NCBI GenBank assembly: GCA_903828955.1
Contig: CAIKOA010000008.1
Location: 36,813-100,812 of the forward strand
Length of the DNA: 64,000 nucleotides
From: an uncultured Candidatus Micrarchaeota archaeon
GTDB taxonomy: Archaea; Micrarchaeota; Micrarchaeia; Anstonellales; Bilamarchaeaceae
Direction of reading: 5' to 3'
Positions within the stretch are counted from its first letter, which is position 1. Each line of letters starts with the position of its first letter. The notes under the pieces are model-generated. The model saw only the letters and a program-made list of their open reading frames with translations, was not told where the DNA came from and did no database searches. Shown piece after piece: positions 8,351 to 17,116 of this stretch. Position numbers and translations under genes: made by a program.

Positions 8351-9199
8351 TTAAAGCTGCCCAGTATCCGCCTTCTTCTCCAGCATTCCCCCTATCCTCT
8401 TTGCAAGAAAAGCCAATGCCCTCGCCTTAGAAATCTCGACCGCAATAAAAGCAACCGTTGCAGCCGCCAGAAATGCCGCGGCATACCTGGGTTCAAGGCG
8501 CCCTTCAGCCATCCCCTTCAGGAAGGGAAGCCCGGACGCAACCCCTGCCCCCATGCATAATGATATCGTTGATACCGCCCAAAGCTCCGTTTTCCCTCCC
8601 TTCCGCTGCCGCTCAAGCACATCATCCGCCGTATCCCTGCCGAGCTCCCTCCTTAGCACTTTTGCGGATTTATCCGCAGCGAGCATGCTGCTCCGTATGA
8701 ATATGTTTCCCCCCTCCTTAAGTTTCTCCCCGGCCACGATTGCAAGGCCTGCAAGCGCCCTTTCCCGGATCCCCGGAGCCCCGTTTTTCGCAGCCCAGCG
8801 GAGGTATTCCTCTGCCCCTTCCTTCTCATCGACATTCTTATTGTGAAGTGCGGCATGCACGCAAAGTCCCACCCTTCTTTTTCCAAGATATTCCGAAACT
8901 CCGAGCGCGGATTCCCCGTTCCGCATTATAATTTTCTCAGTCGGGAAGAGCTCCTCCATCCCCCCATCCACTATCTGCCCCTTAAGCTTGCGCAGGCTGC
9001 TGCGGCTGGAAAAATCAGAAAGAAATGCAAGTTTCTTCAATGTATCAGAGTTTGCTCCGGCCCTTGTTGCAAACCTGAGGAGCTCCTTTCCCTCCCTTTT
9101 TTCGTCCGAATCCCAGTTCATAAATCTCCAGGAATTCAATCTCTTCCTTCTTTTCTCTGTTTTGTCCAGATAGTAAGAAAGTGTTCTGGCACTATGCAT
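8351..9199 (-). CDS. Hypothetical protein with C-terminal hydrophobic segment
   Basis: 282-aa ORF, no recognisable motif. Possible Sel1-like helical repeat (YLRWAAKNGAPGIRERALAGLAIV). Confidence 0.45.
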   Translation of the reverse strand: MHSARTLSYYLDKTEKRRKRLNSWRFMNWDSDEKREGKELLRFATRAGANSDTLKKLAFLSDFSSRSSLRKLKGQIVDGGMEELFPTEKIIMRNGESALGVSEYLGKRRVGLCVHAALHNKNVDEKEGAEEYLRWAAKNGAPGIRERALAGLAIVAGEKLKEGGNIFIRSSMLAADKSAKVLRRELGRDTADDVLERQRKGGKTELWAVSTISLCMGAGVASGLPFLKGMAEGRLEPRYAAAFLAAATVAFIAVEISKARALAFLAKRIGGMLEKKADTGQL

Positions 9200-9350
9200 G
9201 CCACCTACGTATATGTGGTAAGTATTTTATTCTTATGTATATCCATCTATTTAGATAATCCCTGAAACGGCGAGCCAATTTTCAAATCACGCTATTGTAT
9301 TAAATTCCCCCTCCCCCATACTCCTTTCAGGCGACCAACATGAACTGGCC

Positions 9351-9430
9351 CACCACCCTTTTCTTTTTGTAAAAAGAAAAGTCTGGTGGGACGCAAAAGA
9401 AAAACAGTATGCAGGAATAAAGGTGGAGAT
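9351..9430. repeat. Interspersed A/T-hairpin repeat, copy C (inverted relative to B), flanked by 11-bp direct repeats
   Basis: Direct repeat atgaactggcc at 9340..9350 and 9431..9441 brackets the element. The second copy supplies the start codon of the DUF457 gene. Confidence 0.7.
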
Positions 9431-9895
9431 ATGAACTGGCCGGAACATATGCTCATAGGCGCACTTGCAGGAGTGCTTGTTGCATATTTCCTAGGGGCGG
9501 ATTTGCTCACTTCCGCCCTAATTATTGGAATGGTTTCAGTTTCCGCACTTGCCCCGGACATAGACCACGATTCCTCCAAAATAAGGCAGGCCGCGAACCT
9601 TGCAGTTCCTCTGGCCGCATTCTCCTTTGCAATCACTTCCGCCTGCGAAAACAACCTCCAATGCGTCTTCGCGCACAAGGAATCAATCCTCATAAACGGC
9701 CTTGCAGTAGTGGGCTTGTATATGCTCATAATGACCTTCCTGAAGCCCAGGCACCGCGGGATAATCCATACGCTCAGCGCAGCAGCTGTGTTCGGCCTCC
9801 TCGTCTACATTCTCTCAGATTCCACTTTCGCAATCGCAGGCTTCGCAGGCTATTTCTCACACCTTCTTGCAGACCGGCAGATAAAATTAATCTGA
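9431..9895 (+). CDS. Membrane-bound metal-dependent hydrolase, DUF457 (YdjM-like) family
   Basis: MNWPEHMLIGALAG...APDIDHDSSK...HRGIIHTLS...SHLLADR, the His/Asp pattern of DUF457 multi-pass proteins. ORF 9386.. has an in-frame extension that runs through repeat C. Confidence 0.65.
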   Translation: MNWPEHMLIGALAGVLVAYFLGADLLTSALIIGMVSVSALAPDIDHDSSKIRQAANLAVPLAAFSFAITSACENNLQCVFAHKESILINGLAVVGLYMLIMTFLKPRHRGIIHTLSAAAVFGLLVYILSDSTFAIAGFAGYFSHLLADRQIKLI

Positions 9896-9946
9896 AAATT
9901 TTAGTGAAACCGTTTTATACTTTCTCCTTTAAGGGAAACCCAGGCG

Positions 9947-10453
9947 GTGGGCATGAAAAACAAAATACTCTCAATCCTGTTTGGGCTGGTTGGCGCGATA
10001 GTTGTAATCGCTTGCCTGTACGAAGGGGTAACTTACCTCGGCTTCATAGGAAAAGCCCTGATTGAATTCTTCTCCCCCGGCAACATCCAGGCGATGAACG
10101 GATGCGGAATCGCAACCCCCCAGGAATTCATAGACATAAGGAACGAGCTCCCGACAACCCTGCTTCCGGCGATTTACATAGGAATACCGCTTTCACTTAT
10201 ACTCATTTCCGTGCTGATGTTCTTCAGCGGATACTTCTTCGGAAAGCACAAGGTCGTGCAGGAAATGCAGGACAAGGAAATCAGGAATAATGAAGTGGAG
10301 CAGGAAGTGAACCGGCGCCTTGGGAAGAAAAGCGCAAAAGCAATGAAGGAAGAGCCCGAAGAGGAGGAAGAACCTGAAGAGGGGCCGGAAGAGGCGGAAG
10401 AAGAGGAAGAGCCGGAAGAAAAGCCCGCCCCCAAGAGAACCTCCAGGAAATAG
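9947..10453 (+). CDS. Hypothetical membrane protein with acidic (E/P-rich) C-terminal tail
   Basis: Two predicted TM helices followed by EEPEEEEEPEEGPEEAEEEEEPEE. Confidence 0.5.
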   Translation: MGMKNKILSILFGLVGAIVVIACLYEGVTYLGFIGKALIEFFSPGNIQAMNGCGIATPQEFIDIRNELPTTLLPAIYIGIPLSLILISVLMFFSGYFFGKHKVVQEMQDKEIRNNEVEQEVNRRLGKKSAKAMKEEPEEEEEPEEGPEEAEEEEEPEEKPAPKRTSRK

Positions 10454-10615
10454 CTTCCTTTAATTTTATTTTCCGTTTTTTTTAATCCCAACCCATAAGA
10501 ATGGTCTTATCCATATTTTCCCTGGGAGCTTAGGCGCCTGATGATGAGCAAAGTTTTCCTGAGCGTTTTCTTTAAACGGAATCCTGCGGTGATGAGAAAC
10601 TGGAGCTCTGAGTCA

Positions 10616-10700
10616 CCCCTTTCTTTTTGCGAAAAAGAAAGGTGCGAATCACCCAAAGAAAAAGCATTTTCCAATATTACTTGGGCGCTAGTTGCCTTGC
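10616..10700. repeat. Interspersed A/T-hairpin repeat, copy D, flanked by about 28-bp imperfect direct repeats
   Basis: cccctttctttttgcgaaaaagaaagg...cccaaagaaaaagcattttccaatattac. Flanks: tgatgagaaactggagctctgagtcaccc (10591..10619) and taatgagaaaccggagctctgaatgccc (10701..10728). Confidence 0.65.
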
Positions 10701-10768
10701 TAATGAGAAACCGGAGCTCTGAATGCCCTCATTTAAATTCATTTTCAGCGAGTAATGCCTGTGATAAA

Positions 10769-11368
10769 ATGGGGCTCATGGAAAGAATAAAGCTTTGGTT
10801 CAGGGGGTTCAACTACAAGGAAATTTCTCAAATCGTGAAAGAACTCCAGAAGAATCCTGCAATAGGGGACGCGGCCTTCAATGTGTTCCTGGGTTCCCTG
10901 ATGATGGGCGCGGTGGTTTTCATTTCCATGGCACTAGTCGGCTCAATGCCCGGGGCGGGCTCAGCTGGCGCGGTGGTTTTCATCCCCGCGATCATTTACG
11001 CGGTTGCGATGATTCTAATCGCCATCATCTACTTCTTCGTCAGCGAGGGTGTCCAGTGGGTGCTTGCAAAAGCCCTGGGCGGGAAAGGGGCATACGCGCA
11101 CCAGGTGCAGGTTTCCTCGCTCCCCACCGCTGCGAACATGGTGCTTACTCCAGTCTTTGTAATCCCATTCGTCGGCCCGATTATCTCGATAGTGGTCAGC
11201 TTGTACCGCATCTTCCTGGGCTACCTGATAATCAGGGGGGTCCACGGGCTTTCAAACGTGCGCGCAGCAGCAGTGGTCCTGATACCAGTCGTGCTAGGGA
11301 TAATTGCGTATGTGCTTCTCCTCCTTTACCTGACACCAATGGCGGTCACTACAACGACCCCGGCCTAA
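10769..11368 (+). CDS. Yip1-domain membrane protein
   Basis: Five predicted TM segments after a short cytosolic N-terminus, with the Yip1-like pattern. ORF 10541.. starts inside repeat D. ATG 10769 (MGLMERIK) chosen. Confidence 0.55.
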   Translation: MGLMERIKLWFRGFNYKEISQIVKELQKNPAIGDAAFNVFLGSLMMGAVVFISMALVGSMPGAGSAGAVVFIPAIIYAVAMILIAIIYFFVSEGVQWVLAKALGGKGAYAHQVQVSSLPTAANMVLTPVFVIPFVGPIISIVVSLYRIFLGYLIIRGVHGLSNVRAAAVVLIPVVLGIIAYVLLLLYLTPMAVTTTTPA

Positions 11369-11652
11369 TCCCTTCCCTTTATTTTTTCCAAAAATCTTTT
11401 TTTCCTTTTTTCTAGGATTGCAGAAATCTCCTTCTCACCCAGGCCCGCCCTCCTTAGCATGCAGAGGCAATGGATAATCATGTCCGCGCATTCCTCTTTC
11501 CAGTGCGGGTCCCCATATGAAAATAATTCTAAAATCTCGTCCGCATGCTCCTTCATTGAGCCAAGCGTATAACGAATAGCCCCTTCCCTTCCCCCGTTCT
11601 TCAAGTCCGAGGCAGAAACAATTTTCTCAACATCAATCATGAAAACCCCCAA
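11365..11652 (-). CDS. MazG-like nucleoside triphosphate pyrophosphohydrolase (small, single domain)
   Basis: EHADEILELFSYGDPHWKEECADMIIHCLCMLRRAGL resembles the MazG EExxE/D helix pair. Confidence 0.5.
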   Translation of the reverse strand: MGVFMIDVEKIVSASDLKNGGREGAIRYTLGSMKEHADEILELFSYGDPHWKEECADMIIHCLCMLRRAGLGEKEISAILEKRKKRFLEKIKGRD

Positions 11653-11702
11653 ACCTACTCGGAAGCGATTATTTTTAATCCAATTCTTCCAAAAGGAGAA
11701 AG

Positions 11703-12110
11703 ATGGGCAAAAAGAAAGGTTCCGTTTTCGAATACCTGAAGAAATCCCCGGCAGTAGTAGCCATAATCCTCATAGGGATAGTCGGAATCTCGCTCGCAGC
11801 ATTCGTCTTTTCCGAGTCCGCGCCAAAGCCCGCTTATCCACAGGAAACCCTGGACAATTTCTCGAAATGCCTCACCGAAAAAGGCGTGATTATGTATGGG
11901 GCAAGCTGGTGCCCCCATTGCCAGGAGCAGAAAGCCCTTTTCGGGGACTCCTTCCAATACGTTGATTTTGTCGATTGCGAGAAAACCCCAAACCTTTGCA
12001 GCGCTGCGGAAATCAAGGCCTTCCCCACCTGGATAATAAATGGTGAAAAGCACCTTGGCACAAAGCCCCTGGACATTCTCGCAGTTTATTCAGGGTGCAA
12101 ACTGGGATGA
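11703..12110 (+). CDS. Membrane-anchored thioredoxin-fold thiol-disulfide oxidoreductase
   Basis: N-terminal TM helix, then a WCPHC active-site motif. Confidence 0.7.
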   Translation: MGKKKGSVFEYLKKSPAVVAIILIGIVGISLAAFVFSESAPKPAYPQETLDNFSKCLTEKGVIMYGASWCPHCQEQKALFGDSFQYVDFVDCEKTPNLCSAAEIKAFPTWIINGEKHLGTKPLDILAVYSGCKLG

Positions 12111-12114
12111 TAAA

Positions 12115-12858
12115 ATGATAGGAATAATCGGATTCGGAAAGCTCGGGAGCGCATTTGCGCAGGGGTTTTCCAATAAAAAAATCCCAGTAATCGCTTACGA
12201 CAAATTCCCTGAAAAAATAACCCTCCCCAGAATCTCAAAAGCAAAAACACCCAAAGAAGTTTTCGAAAAATCCGAAATGCTCCTCCTCGCACTCAAGCCC
12301 GCAGTAATCCTGGATTTCCTTAAAGAAAATTCAAAATACGCAAAAGGAAAACTGCTCATTTCCCCGGCTGCAAAAACTCTTCTTAATGATTTGGAAGCAG
12401 CCTCACCGGATTCAAAATTCATCCGCGCAATGCCCAACATAGCCGCAAGCGAAAACCTTTCCTCGCTTCCCTATTGCCCTGGAAAAAACGTTTCCAAAGA
12501 GGACGAAGAAAAATTCATCAGGATTTTTTCAGAAGTCGGAAACCCCATCAAAGCAGAAGAGAAGCACATGGATGCATTCACCGCAATCTCCAGCTCCTCA
12601 ATCGCTTACTTCGCCTATTTCGCAAGGGCGATGCGCGAAGCGGCAAAAGACGAGGGGATTCCTGAAAAGGACGCGGAGCAGGTGATTGCAGAATCGCTAG
12701 AAGGCACGGGCGCCCTCCTGAAAAAGAACTCCCCGGAAAAACTGATCGAAACCGTTTCCACTAAAGGCGGAGTAACCGAAAAAGGATTAAGGGAACTGGA
12801 ATCCGCAGGGGTTCTGCTTGCAATTAAGCACACTATAAAATTCCAGTCCAAAAAATGA
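12115..12858 (+). CDS. proC: Pyrroline-5-carboxylate reductase
   Basis: MIGIIGFGKLGSAFAQG Rossmann N-terminus and ProC-like C-terminus (TKGGVTEKGLRELE). ORF 12040.. is an upstream extension that overlaps the thioredoxin gene. Confidence 0.7.
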   Translation: MIGIIGFGKLGSAFAQGFSNKKIPVIAYDKFPEKITLPRISKAKTPKEVFEKSEMLLLALKPAVILDFLKENSKYAKGKLLISPAAKTLLNDLEAASPDSKFIRAMPNIAASENLSSLPYCPGKNVSKEDEEKFIRIFSEVGNPIKAEEKHMDAFTAISSSSIAYFAYFARAMREAAKDEGIPEKDAEQVIAESLEGTGALLKKNSPEKLIETVSTKGGVTEKGLRELESAGVLLAIKHTIKFQSKK

Positions 12859-12872
12859 AAATAAAGAAAAAC

Positions 12873-15800
12873 TCATTCCTTTTCCGAGGAATTTATGAAG
12901 GCTTTCCTTATCTGCCTTCCGCGGTGGTCCATCTGCTCCTTTATCTCCGCGGCGAGCTTATCCCTCTTGGCCACCCGCTCCGGAGTCCAGACCTTCTTGT
13001 TCTGGCCGGGCTTCCCGACCATCTTGATATAGTCTTCGGAAAGTAGCAGCACTTCGAATTCTCCCCCCACCGATACGAACCCGGAATTGTGGCCCTCCCT
13101 CTTGAAGAGCTTTGGCATGTCCGCCACAATCTTGCCCGCGTCCGCAGCAGAAAGAAGAATATCTATCCTGAGCTCAGGCTGGTCTTCCGGAATCAGCCCC
13201 GGGTTCTTCCTAATCTTTTCGCAGAGGTCGCTCAGCACCGCAAACCTCTCCTCGCTCTTCATCTTCCATGAGGCATCCAGGATCTTGCGTGGTGTATCAT
13301 TCTTATTCAATCCATTGACCTGGTAGGATTGCTCAACGAACCAATCCGAAACCCCGTTTGTGCCGTATGCAGGCTCTTCATTGTTTCCATCCGAAGAGAA
13401 CCCGCTCACCGTTGGCGGAAGAACCGGTGCATTGCCCTCAGCGGCGGTCGGGGAACCCCTCAGCGAAGCAGCCTTCGCCTCCAATGCGCCCACTTCTTCT
13501 GCAAGCCTGAGTTTCCCTTCCCTTGCCTCCCTCACTTTCTTGTCATAGCCTGATGGGGGGGTCTTCGTGTTGAACTCCCCCTTCGGGCCCACATAATCGC
13601 TCATTCGCGTAAGCGCATCAAGGGCGGCCTTCTTCCTTCCCAAATCCTGCCCTTCCATAGATGCGAATTCAACCGAAGAACCCATCGCATCAATTATTAT
13701 CTGCCCAAGAACCGCTTCCGACATCTTGTGCTGGATTTCCTTGCTTCCATACACGCGGTCCGCGGTTTCCACAAGTATCGCAAACCTTTCCTCAACATTC
13801 TCAAGCGCCTTTGCCTTCCTATAAATGTCCCTCGGGTTTCCGTCCCTTGGAATTGAATTCTTCGCAAAGGCATTCTCAGCCGCCTTGCTCATATCAAACG
13901 GCGCAACTGAAACCGGCGCATTAGCTGCCGCAGCCTGCGGAGCCTGAGCGCCTGCAACCGCTGCCACGGCCGCACCGCTTTCCTGCTGCGGAGCAGGGGC
14001 CTCCTGGACCTCCTGCGCTTCCATTGCTGATGCAGGAACCGTTCCCATCCATTCAATGACGCTCTTGTAAAGAACTTCCTGCCCCTTCGTGGGCTTTGCT
14101 TTTGAAAATCCCCCGTCCTTATTCAATACTCCAGACGCCCGCGTTGCAATCTTCACCGCAGCCGCAGTTGCCTGTGGGTTTCCCATTGCAACGTTCCTTC
14201 CCGTGCCCATGGCGGTTATCAAAATATTCCTCACCATCGAGTCATCCATCTTAAGCTGGATATTGTTGTCAAGCATGTAATTGGCGGTGTATGCAAGGAC
14301 CGCAAACTGGTCCTGCGCATTCTCAATCTTGAGCGCAGCATTGTAGAGCGCCCTCAGTTGCGGCCCGGCCGGAACATCCGGATTCACTTCCGAAAGCCCG
14401 CTGTTTGCAAGCGCAGTGTTTACCGCCGCATTCAAATCATATGCGGGCACTTTGGGAGCCGTTTTAACCACTTTGGCCTGCTCGGCCGGGTGAGCCCTGC
14501 CGGATCCTTCATCCACAGCACTCCTCACAGTCGTCCTCTCATGGGAAACGAGCGCCGCAACCGGCTTATTCATCTGCCCATGCATTCCTGCCTCCTCATT
14601 CCTCTGATGCATATTGGAGTGTGGCCCAACCGTCGCAAGAGTGACGATTCCTGCAATGCCCACCACTCCCGCAGCCACAAGCCAGACCTCGTGCCTCTTT
14701 CTTGAATAGAACTCTGAAACCCGTTTTGCACCGGATATCGTGCCCTCCCGCTTTGCGCGGATCCATCTTCCTGCCTCATTGTACCATGCATTATGCTCCG
14801 CCATCCCCATTCCAAACCTGATGCCCTCATTCTTGCGCTCTTCAAGCGCGCGGGCATATGCCTGGCCTTCGCTCATCGAAGGTATTTCAATTACGCGTGC
14901 CCGCGGCTTTGAAGGAAGCTCCCCCTTTCCTGCAAATCCATAAACGAATATGCCATTTACCGCCTTTCCAATAGGAGTTTTCCAGAATTTGTCTTCCCTG
15001 GCCTCAGGAATCGCTTCCCTTTCAATATCGATTGGCGTTGTGGTTTCCGGTTTCTCTTCTTTGCGTTCGGGCTCCACCAAAATAGGCGCAGGCGGAGCCA
15101 CGGAAGGCGCTGCGAGCGCATCGCTAATCAGCGTTCCCACTGAAAATTCCGGCCTTGCCGGAAGCGGAGTAACCGTCCTCTTCTCAAAGGCAGGCCCCAC
15201 CATTATGGGCGGCTCCGCCTCTTCTCCAAGTGCCGCATCCATCGCGGCAGCAATCTCGGCTTCTTCAACATCCGCAAGCGGCCCTGTCTCCGCTTCTGCA
15301 ATTGCCGCAGGATGTTCCGAAGCCTTTGCGCGTTCCGCAACATCACTTCGGCTGAATACCGCGGTTATCCCATCCTCGCCTTCCGGTTCAGCTCCCGCAA
15401 TCGCTTCAGGATGTTCCGAGGCCCTTGCGATCACTCTCATCTCCCTCTGGCTGACCACCGCGGTCGCCTCCCTCATGCTTCCTGGCTCGGAAGCGATAAT
15501 TGGCGAAGCTGCAGGAGTAGAACCAACCGGTCCCGGAGCCTCTGAAAGCACCGTGGGCCTGTGCTCCGCCTCGGGCTCTCTCAGCACAAGCAGTTCCCTG
15601 GAAAGGCGCGCCTTTTCTTCTTCAAGCGCATTTGCCCTGTTTTCCATGCGGGCCATCCTGGTATCCTTCTCCTTCATTGCCCGCTCGTAAGCATCAACTT
15701 TCGCAACAAGCTCGCTTATCCTTCCAGCTAAACCCGCGTTATCCCTCTCGAACTTGTTGCGGGCTTCCCTGAGCCCTATAATTTCCGCATTTCTATCCCC

Positions 15801-17012
15801 GATCGCTTCATTCAGCCTGCCGTTCTCTGCCCTGAATGCATCAACGGTCTCCCGCTCTTTTCTGAGTGCAGCCTGGAGATCCCCGATTTCCGCAGTAGAA
15901 GTAATTTCCCTTGCACGAAGCCCGTGCACTTCCTCAATTACTGCCGGGGGAATTCCTCTTTTTCCCGCTTCCTCAATTAGCTTTCTGTTGGCTGCCTTGA
16001 GTTCATCCATCTCATTGGAGAGTTCCCCAACCCTAAAAAGCACCGTATCTCTTTCAGAGGCAATCACCGAGGAATCATAAACGCCCCTCATCGCTTCCGC
16101 GGTGGTGTGCAGATACCAGGAATCAAACATCCTCTTGTACATTTCCCCTTTCGAATAAACGCTGCCCGCGTATTCCTCTGCGTTCGCAATTAATTGGGTG
16201 AATAGGATTATCCCTTCGTTTGGCTCCACCCAAACCCCCCTGGAAGTAAGCCTTTCGCAGGCATCCATCACTTCCCCATAAGGAGTGAGCGGAGTCATCT
16301 TCATGTCCCCATAGGCCTGCGCCATCATGGAGAACCCCTTCTCCTTTGCATGGGTCCAGCTAAGGTAATTGTTTAGCCTCCCATCATCTGCAATCTCTTT
16401 GGAAAATGCCCTGATCATTTGATACTCGGAAGCATAATTTTCATTCTCAAGGCGTTTTCCCCTGAGCGCCTCGACCGCCTGCGCCACTTTGCTGCGCATA
16501 AGCGCCGGCTCGGCAGTCCACCCCTTCCAGTCTTCCCCGGTTATTTCAGAAACCCGGTAAAGCGTGCTCCCATACCGGAGGAAGCGCTCTTCATTTTCAG
16601 CCGCCTTTTTCATTGCAGCCGCATGCGCGTCTTCCCCGGTCGTTCCCAAGCCAAGAGCAGGCTTTGGAGAAAGCGTATTTCCCTTCGGCGCATCATTCCT
16701 TATTCCAGTAAGCGTATCCTCTTTTCGTTTAGTCTCTTCTGTAGCAACTCCTTTTGGCATCGGCCTTGCTATTGATTGGGTAATCCTTGCCCCCGCAGGA
16801 GCTGTAGGCGTGCCGGAAACAATCGGCTCACTGCCTTCAGGGCGCCCCTGCCTTGGAAGAGGCAGCCTCTCAGGAGGAGGAGGCGGCCTCGAAGTGCGCG
16901 CTATTCCTCCCCTGAAAGTCGCCGTAATCGGCCTCTTTGGCTTTGAAGGCATTACTGGAACTGGAGGAGGGCCCTTTCTGCCCCCATCATTAGGGTTACC
17001 GTAATCTGGCAT
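12873..17012 (-). CDS. Giant (1379 aa) lineage-specific single-pass membrane protein with coiled coils and four internal helical repeats
   Basis: Uninterrupted 4.1-kb ORF. One TM helix (VWLVAAGVVGIAGIVTLATVG) about residue 745. Coiled-coil stretch (residues 330-480). Repeated module beginning EERFA-L / DQFAVL occurs four times. Start set to ATG 17012 (MPDYGNP) because a tttataaa TATA box lies 25-34 nt upstream. Confidence 0.75.
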   Translation of the reverse strand: MPDYGNPNDGGRKGPPPVPVMPSKPKRPITATFRGGIARTSRPPPPPERLPLPRQGRPEGSEPIVSGTPTAPAGARITQSIARPMPKGVATEETKRKEDTLTGIRNDAPKGNTLSPKPALGLGTTGEDAHAAAMKKAAENEERFLRYGSTLYRVSEITGEDWKGWTAEPALMRSKVAQAVEALRGKRLENENYASEYQMIRAFSKEIADDGRLNNYLSWTHAKEKGFSMMAQAYGDMKMTPLTPYGEVMDACERLTSRGVWVEPNEGIILFTQLIANAEEYAGSVYSKGEMYKRMFDSWYLHTTAEAMRGVYDSSVIASERDTVLFRVGELSNEMDELKAANRKLIEEAGKRGIPPAVIEEVHGLRAREITSTAEIGDLQAALRKERETVDAFRAENGRLNEAIGDRNAEIIGLREARNKFERDNAGLAGRISELVAKVDAYERAMKEKDTRMARMENRANALEEEKARLSRELLVLREPEAEHRPTVLSEAPGPVGSTPAASPIIASEPGSMREATAVVSQREMRVIARASEHPEAIAGAEPEGEDGITAVFSRSDVAERAKASEHPAAIAEAETGPLADVEEAEIAAAMDAALGEEAEPPIMVGPAFEKRTVTPLPARPEFSVGTLISDALAAPSVAPPAPILVEPERKEEKPETTTPIDIEREAIPEAREDKFWKTPIGKAVNGIFVYGFAGKGELPSKPRARVIEIPSMSEGQAYARALEERKNEGIRFGMGMAEHNAWYNEAGRWIRAKREGTISGAKRVSEFYSRKRHEVWLVAAGVVGIAGIVTLATVGPHSNMHQRNEEAGMHGQMNKPVAALVSHERTTVRSAVDEGSGRAHPAEQAKVVKTAPKVPAYDLNAAVNTALANSGLSEVNPDVPAGPQLRALYNAALKIENAQDQFAVLAYTANYMLDNNIQLKMDDSMVRNILITAMGTGRNVAMGNPQATAAAVKIATRASGVLNKDGGFSKAKPTKGQEVLYKSVIEWMGTVPASAMEAQEVQEAPAPQQESGAAVAAVAGAQAPQAAAANAPVSVAPFDMSKAAENAFAKNSIPRDGNPRDIYRKAKALENVEERFAILVETADRVYGSKEIQHKMSEAVLGQIIIDAMGSSVEFASMEGQDLGRKKAALDALTRMSDYVGPKGEFNTKTPPSGYDKKVREAREGKLRLAEEVGALEAKAASLRGSPTAAEGNAPVLPPTVSGFSSDGNNEEPAYGTNGVSDWFVEQSYQVNGLNKNDTPRKILDASWKMKSEERFAVLSDLCEKIRKNPGLIPEDQPELRIDILLSAADAGKIVADMPKLFKREGHNSGFVSVGGEFEVLLLSEDYIKMVGKPGQNKKVWTPERVAKRDKLAAEIKEQMDHRGRQIRKAFINSSEKE

Positions 17013-17036
17013 AACATATATTCTTCTATAGAAATG

Positions 17037-17046
17037 TTTATAAACA
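17037..17046 (-). promoter_or_regulatory. TATA box for the giant-protein gene
   Basis: Reverse complement reads TTGTTTATAAACATTTC. The in-frame upstream ATG at 17069 would make this box part of the coding sequence. Confidence 0.45.
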
Positions 17047-17116
17047 ATTACTTTTTTCCATCTTTTCACACACTTTCCCTATTCCTATATATTATTTCCC
17101 CGCTTTAAGGGATAAT

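Noticed and set aside
8843-9265. 140-aa + strand ORF spanning the 3' region and promoter of the 8351..9199 gene
   Set aside because: Antisense to a longer ORF and runs into intergenic AT-rich sequence. Composition atypical.
10795-11415. 206-aa alternative-frame ORF overlapping the Yip1-like gene
   Set aside because: Arg/Gly/Pro-rich, no hydrophobic helices. The Yip1 frame gives a coherent multi-pass membrane protein.
14950-15690. 246-aa + strand ORF inside the giant gene
   Set aside because: Ser/Ala-rich low-complexity antisense read-through of a GC-rich coding region.
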